A stretch of DNA of 63,533 bases, counting the filler, from a bacterium (GTDB lineage Bacteria > UBP15 > UBA6099 > JAJRTR01), in assembly GCA_024278215.1 (NCBI GenBank). It is 6 parts of 6 records of this genome, joined end to end, with 100 filler letters (N's around TTAATTAATTAA, not from the genome) between each part and the next. Parts side by side here need not be neighbours in the genome. Positions count along the whole stretch, not along the records: positions 59,330 to 63,533 come from JAJRTR010000011.1; 5 more parts are not named here. One strand, 5' to 3'. Shown here one piece after another: positions 61,989-63,533 of the stretch. The position numbers were made by a program, and so were the translations under genes. The notes under the pieces are model-generated. The model did no database searches, was not told where the DNA came from, and was given only the letters and a program-made list of their open reading frames with translations. The first letter of the stretch is position 1. Each line of letters starts with the position of its first letter.

Positions 61989-63389
61989 ATGAACATCAGG
62001 ACAACCGCATTTATGGGAAAAATATATTTTTTTATCGGAATCGGCGGCAGCGGAATGAGCGCAATCGCACAGGTGCTCGCCACTTCAGCGGGTGGCTGCG
62101 ACGTGCGCGGCTCGGACCGCGGTCTCGACCAGGGCAAAAACCTCGCGTTCTTCGATCAGCTTCGCGACTTCGGCATAAAGCTTTTTCCGCAGGACGGCAG
62201 CGGTGTCACCACCGACTGCGACTGTGTCGTCGCGTCCACCGCCATAGAAAAGACCGTGCCCGACATGGCGCGCGCTCTCGAACTGGGCATACCTGTGAAA
62301 CACCGCGCCGACGCGCTCGCTGATATTTTCAACGCGGGCCGCGGCATCGCCGTCGGCGGCACGAGCGGCAAGTCCACCGTCACCGGCATGACCGGCGTGC
62401 TGCTCGATGTCGCGGGCCTCGACCCGACTATCATCAACGGCGGGAAGATGAAAAACTACTCCGCGGGCGGCGCGCCCGGCAACGCAAGAATCGGCGCGTC
62501 GGACTACATTGTCATCGAAAGCGACGAGAGCGACGGCTCCATCGTCAAATACAAGCCCCGGGTCGCCGTGGTGACAAATGTCACCAGAGACCACAAGCCC
62601 ATGCACGAGTTGAAAGAACTATTTGCCGCATTCATAAAAAACACACGCGGCACCGCCGTACTTAATGCCGACTGCCCCGTGGCGTCGGGGTTCGCCGCCT
62701 GCGCCGGGCAAACGATAACTTACGGCATACGCAACGAAGCGGATGTACGCGGCGAGGGCGTTGTCGCAGGCGCGTTCAGTTCACACTTTACTCTTTTCGG
62801 ACGCCGGGTTCATATCAATCTGCCGGGCGAACACAATGTCTCGAACGCGCTGGCCGCCGCGGCCGCCGCCCGCGCTCTCGGCGTAAGCGAGGGCCTCATC
62901 GTCAGGGGACTCGAAGCGTTCGCCGGCATCAGGCGCAGATACGACATCATCGGCGAGACAAACGGCATTAAGGTTATTGACGACTTCGCTCACAACCCCG
63001 ACAAAATCCGCGCGACCCTCGAAACACTGCACCTCGAACCCGGCCGACACCTGCTCGTGTTCCAGCCGCATGGGTTCGGTCCCACAAATTTCATGCGCGA
63101 TGAACTTGTCGAAACATTCAGAAAACACATGAGTAAAAATGATATTCTCTTCATGCCGGAAATTTATTACGCGGGCGGCACGGCGGACAGAAGCATTTCG
63201 TCGAAAGATATTGTTTATGACTTCTCGGACACCGGCCACGACGCGCGCTTCTTCCCTTCACGCGACGACATCGTTACCCCCATAGTCGAAAACGCGCGTC
63301 CCGGCGACACCATCACCGTAATGGGCGCTCGCGATGACACTCTTACATCTTTCTGCCGATCAATCTTCGAAAAGATCAAGTCGAAATAA
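61989..63389 (+). CDS. murC: UDP-N-acetylmuramate-L-alanine ligase (MurC/Mpl family)
   Basis: GIGGSGMS, GTSGKST, ESDESDGS, DDFAHNP, FQPHG, MGA. Confidence 0.85.
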   Translation: MNIRTTAFMGKIYFFIGIGGSGMSAIAQVLATSAGGCDVRGSDRGLDQGKNLAFFDQLRDFGIKLFPQDGSGVTTDCDCVVASTAIEKTVPDMARALELGIPVKHRADALADIFNAGRGIAVGGTSGKSTVTGMTGVLLDVAGLDPTIINGGKMKNYSAGGAPGNARIGASDYIVIESDESDGSIVKYKPRVAVVTNVTRDHKPMHELKELFAAFIKNTRGTAVLNADCPVASGFAACAGQTITYGIRNEADVRGEGVVAGAFSSHFTLFGRRVHINLPGEHNVSNALAAAAAARALGVSEGLIVRGLEAFAGIRRRYDIIGETNGIKVIDDFAHNPDKIRATLETLHLEPGRHLLVFQPHGFGPTNFMRDELVETFRKHMSKNDILFMPEIYYAGGTADRSISSKDIVYDFSDTGHDARFFPSRDDIVTPIVENARPGDTITVMGARDDTLTSFCRSIFEKIKSK

Positions 63390-63487
63390 TTGTAAGGGGC
63401 ATCCGGGAATCAAGTGGGTGACCACAACATGTAGTGTAGAAAGGATAGAAAGGCGAGTTTATCGCATTCAGGACGATAACTGGAGAG

Positions 63488-63522
63488 AAAAAGAAAGAGA
63501 GGCCCCATTGAGAGGGCCTCTC
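63488..63522 (-). terminator. Possible terminator on the minus strand
   Basis: GAGAGGCCC/GGGCCTCTC stem preceded by an A-rich tract. Confidence 0.45.
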
Positions 63523-63533
63523 CAGTTACCGTC

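Noticed and set aside
1-63533. CRISPR array
   Set aside because: Repeats are dispersed, not regularly spaced with unique spacers; no cas genes

Overview
Bacterial draft or metagenome-type sequence. It consists of six contigs joined by 100-nt N-TTAATTAATTAA-N spacers, so gene order across the spacers is not meaningful. The organism is diderm: it has a secretin divergent from a bamA-hypothetical-ompH-ompH-like-lpxD run, plus an LpxL-like acyltransferase. It also carries a Terrabacteria-like yggS-sepF-proC-ftsK cluster and mutS2. Other genes include feoB with a DtxR-FeoA regulator and two matching operator palindromes, beta-oxidation enzymes, two radical SAM enzymes, glgC-like, dapA, murC-like and two tRNAs. 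Four things stand out. (1) Intergenic DNA is densely filled with at least four short non-coding repeat families that nest into and truncate one another at TAG/CTA junctions; two of them share a TARCCCG-hairpin terminus. (2) A ~1500-codon secreted protein has three tandem lipase modules and one in-frame TAG. (3) A FapA-REC / Hpt / GAF-GAF-HD-GYP operon has no kinase gene. (4) A ~200-nt multi-hairpin, terminator-ended RNA candidate follows ftsK. No CRISPR array, rRNA or intact transposase was seen. All calls come from reading motifs by eye; no searches were run.
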